Shown here piece by piece: positions 5,471 through 6,136 of a stretch of 6,136 nucleotides of DNA. Source of the stretch: a virus (taxonomy: Duplodnaviria > Heunggongvirae > Uroviricota > Caudoviricetes). Below the pieces are notes generated by a model that saw only the letters and a program-made list of their open reading frames with translations, was not told where the DNA came from and searched no databases. Where the stretch lies: IMG/VR virus record IMGVR_UViG_3300029073_000029; one strand, given 5' to 3'. A program made the position numbers and the translations under genes. Every line of letters starts with the position of its first letter. Within the stretch, counting starts at the first letter, position 1.

Positions 5471-5536
5471 ATGCCTTATCAGTTAATGCAACCGGCACGG
5501 AATGCAGTCATCTGTCACAGGGAGGAAAACAAATGA
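5471..5536 (+). CDS. Possible 21-codon leader micro-ORF ([21 protein letters not shown]) coupled to the next gene
   Basis: AGGAGA (5458..5463) lies 7 nt upstream of the ATG at 5471. Its stop TGA (5534..5536) overlaps the ATG (5533..5535) of the 106-aa ORF as ATGA. Too short to judge by composition. Confidence 0.25.
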
Positions 5537-5853
5537 AAACACCCTTACCGCCCGTCTTACGCGCTGCCCTTTACCGTCGCGCTGTCGCCTGTGCCTGGCT
5601 GACCGTGTGCGAACGTCAGCACCGCTACCCGCATCTCACCCTTGAGTCACTGGAGGCGGCCATCGCCGCTGAGCTGGAAGGCTTTTATCTGCGCCAGCAC
5701 GGTGAGGAAAAAGGGCGTCAGATAGCCTGTGCCCTGCTGGAAGATTTAATGGAATCCGGCCCCCTGAAGGCCGCGCCGTCGCTGTCCTTTCTCGGGCTGG
5801 TTGTGATGGATGAACTCTGTGCCCGTCACATAAAAGCGCCGGTACTGCACTGA
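5533..5853 (+). CDS. Hypothetical protein, 106 aa, immediately upstream of the primase
   Basis: GGGAGG ends 8 nt before the ATG. Complete ORF ending 14 nt before the alpha start. Whether this or the 95-aa ORF is the epsilon (anti-repressor) equivalent cannot be decided from sequence alone. Confidence 0.75.
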
Positions 5854-5867
5854 AGGAGAACAACACC

Positions 5868-6136
5868 ATGAAAATGAACGTAACCGCCACCGTCAGCCAT
5901 GCGCTCGGCCACTGGCCGCGTATTCTCCCGGCGCTGGGGATTCAGGTGCTGAAGAACCGTCATCAGCCCTGTCCGGTCTGTGGCGGGAGTGACCGCTTCC
6001 GTTTTGATGACAGGGAGGGGCGTGGCACCTGGTACTGCAATCAGTGTGGTGCCGGTGACGGCCTGAAACTGGTTGAAAAGGTGTTTGGTGTTTCCCCGTC
6101 CGACGCGGCCGCAAAGGTGGCTGCCGTGACCGGCTG
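5868..6136 (+). CDS. alpha: Alpha-type primase/helicase replication protein, N-terminal part only (runs off the window)
   Basis: AAGGAG (5853..5858) lies 9 nt upstream of the ATG at 5868. Translation MKMNVTATVSHALGHWPRILPALGIQVLKNRHQPCPVCGGSDRFRFDDREGRGTWYCNQCGAGDGLKLVEKVFG carries a CxxC...CxxC zinc ribbon of the kind found at the N terminus of P4-type primases. No stop within the window. Confidence 0.85.
   Translation, partial: MKMNVTATVSHALGHWPRILPALGIQVLKNRHQPCPVCGGSDRFRFDDREGRGTWYCNQCGAGDGLKLVEKVFGVSPSDAAAKVAAVTG

Noticed and set aside
5636-6114. Minus-strand ORFs 5636..5890 and 5893..6114
   Set aside because: Antisense to the 106-aa gene and to the alpha N terminus; Pro/Arg/His-rich translations typical of chance frames in GC-rich DNA.
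1-6136. Integrase, tRNA/tmRNA integration target or att core
   Set aside because: None found in the window. The integration module of a P4-like element would lie beyond the left edge, past the cargo region.

Overview
The window reads as the core of a P4-type satellite phage (P4 itself or a close relative), crossing the cos site. All identifications rest on motifs, ORF sizes and gene order read by eye and recalled from the P4/P2 literature; no database search was run. Minus strand: the late operon sid-delta-psu (2529..3263, 2032..2532, 1386..1958), then a 19-nt P2/P4-type cos sequence (1203..1221), then an AT-rich 339-aa cargo gene (63..1082) in the region where P4 carries gop-beta-cII and P4-like satellites carry variable anti-phage cargo. 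That cargo gene is the most interesting feature: it has an Mrr-like PD-(D/E)xK nuclease motif at the N terminus and the start of a STAND/AAA_16-type NTPase that stops about 38 residues after its Walker A, and a further minus-strand ORF begins at 22 and runs off the window. Plus strand: a divergent late-promoter and origin region (3282..3815) with three TGT-N12-ACA activator-type sites, five TGTTCACC iterons and a 3x tandem 10-bp repeat; a vis/alpA-like regulator (3816..4082); an immunity-like leader with repeated boxes; coupled small ORFs of 65, 95, 151 and 106 aa; and the N terminus of the alpha primase (5868 onward). No integrase, tRNA, att core or CRISPR array is visible.
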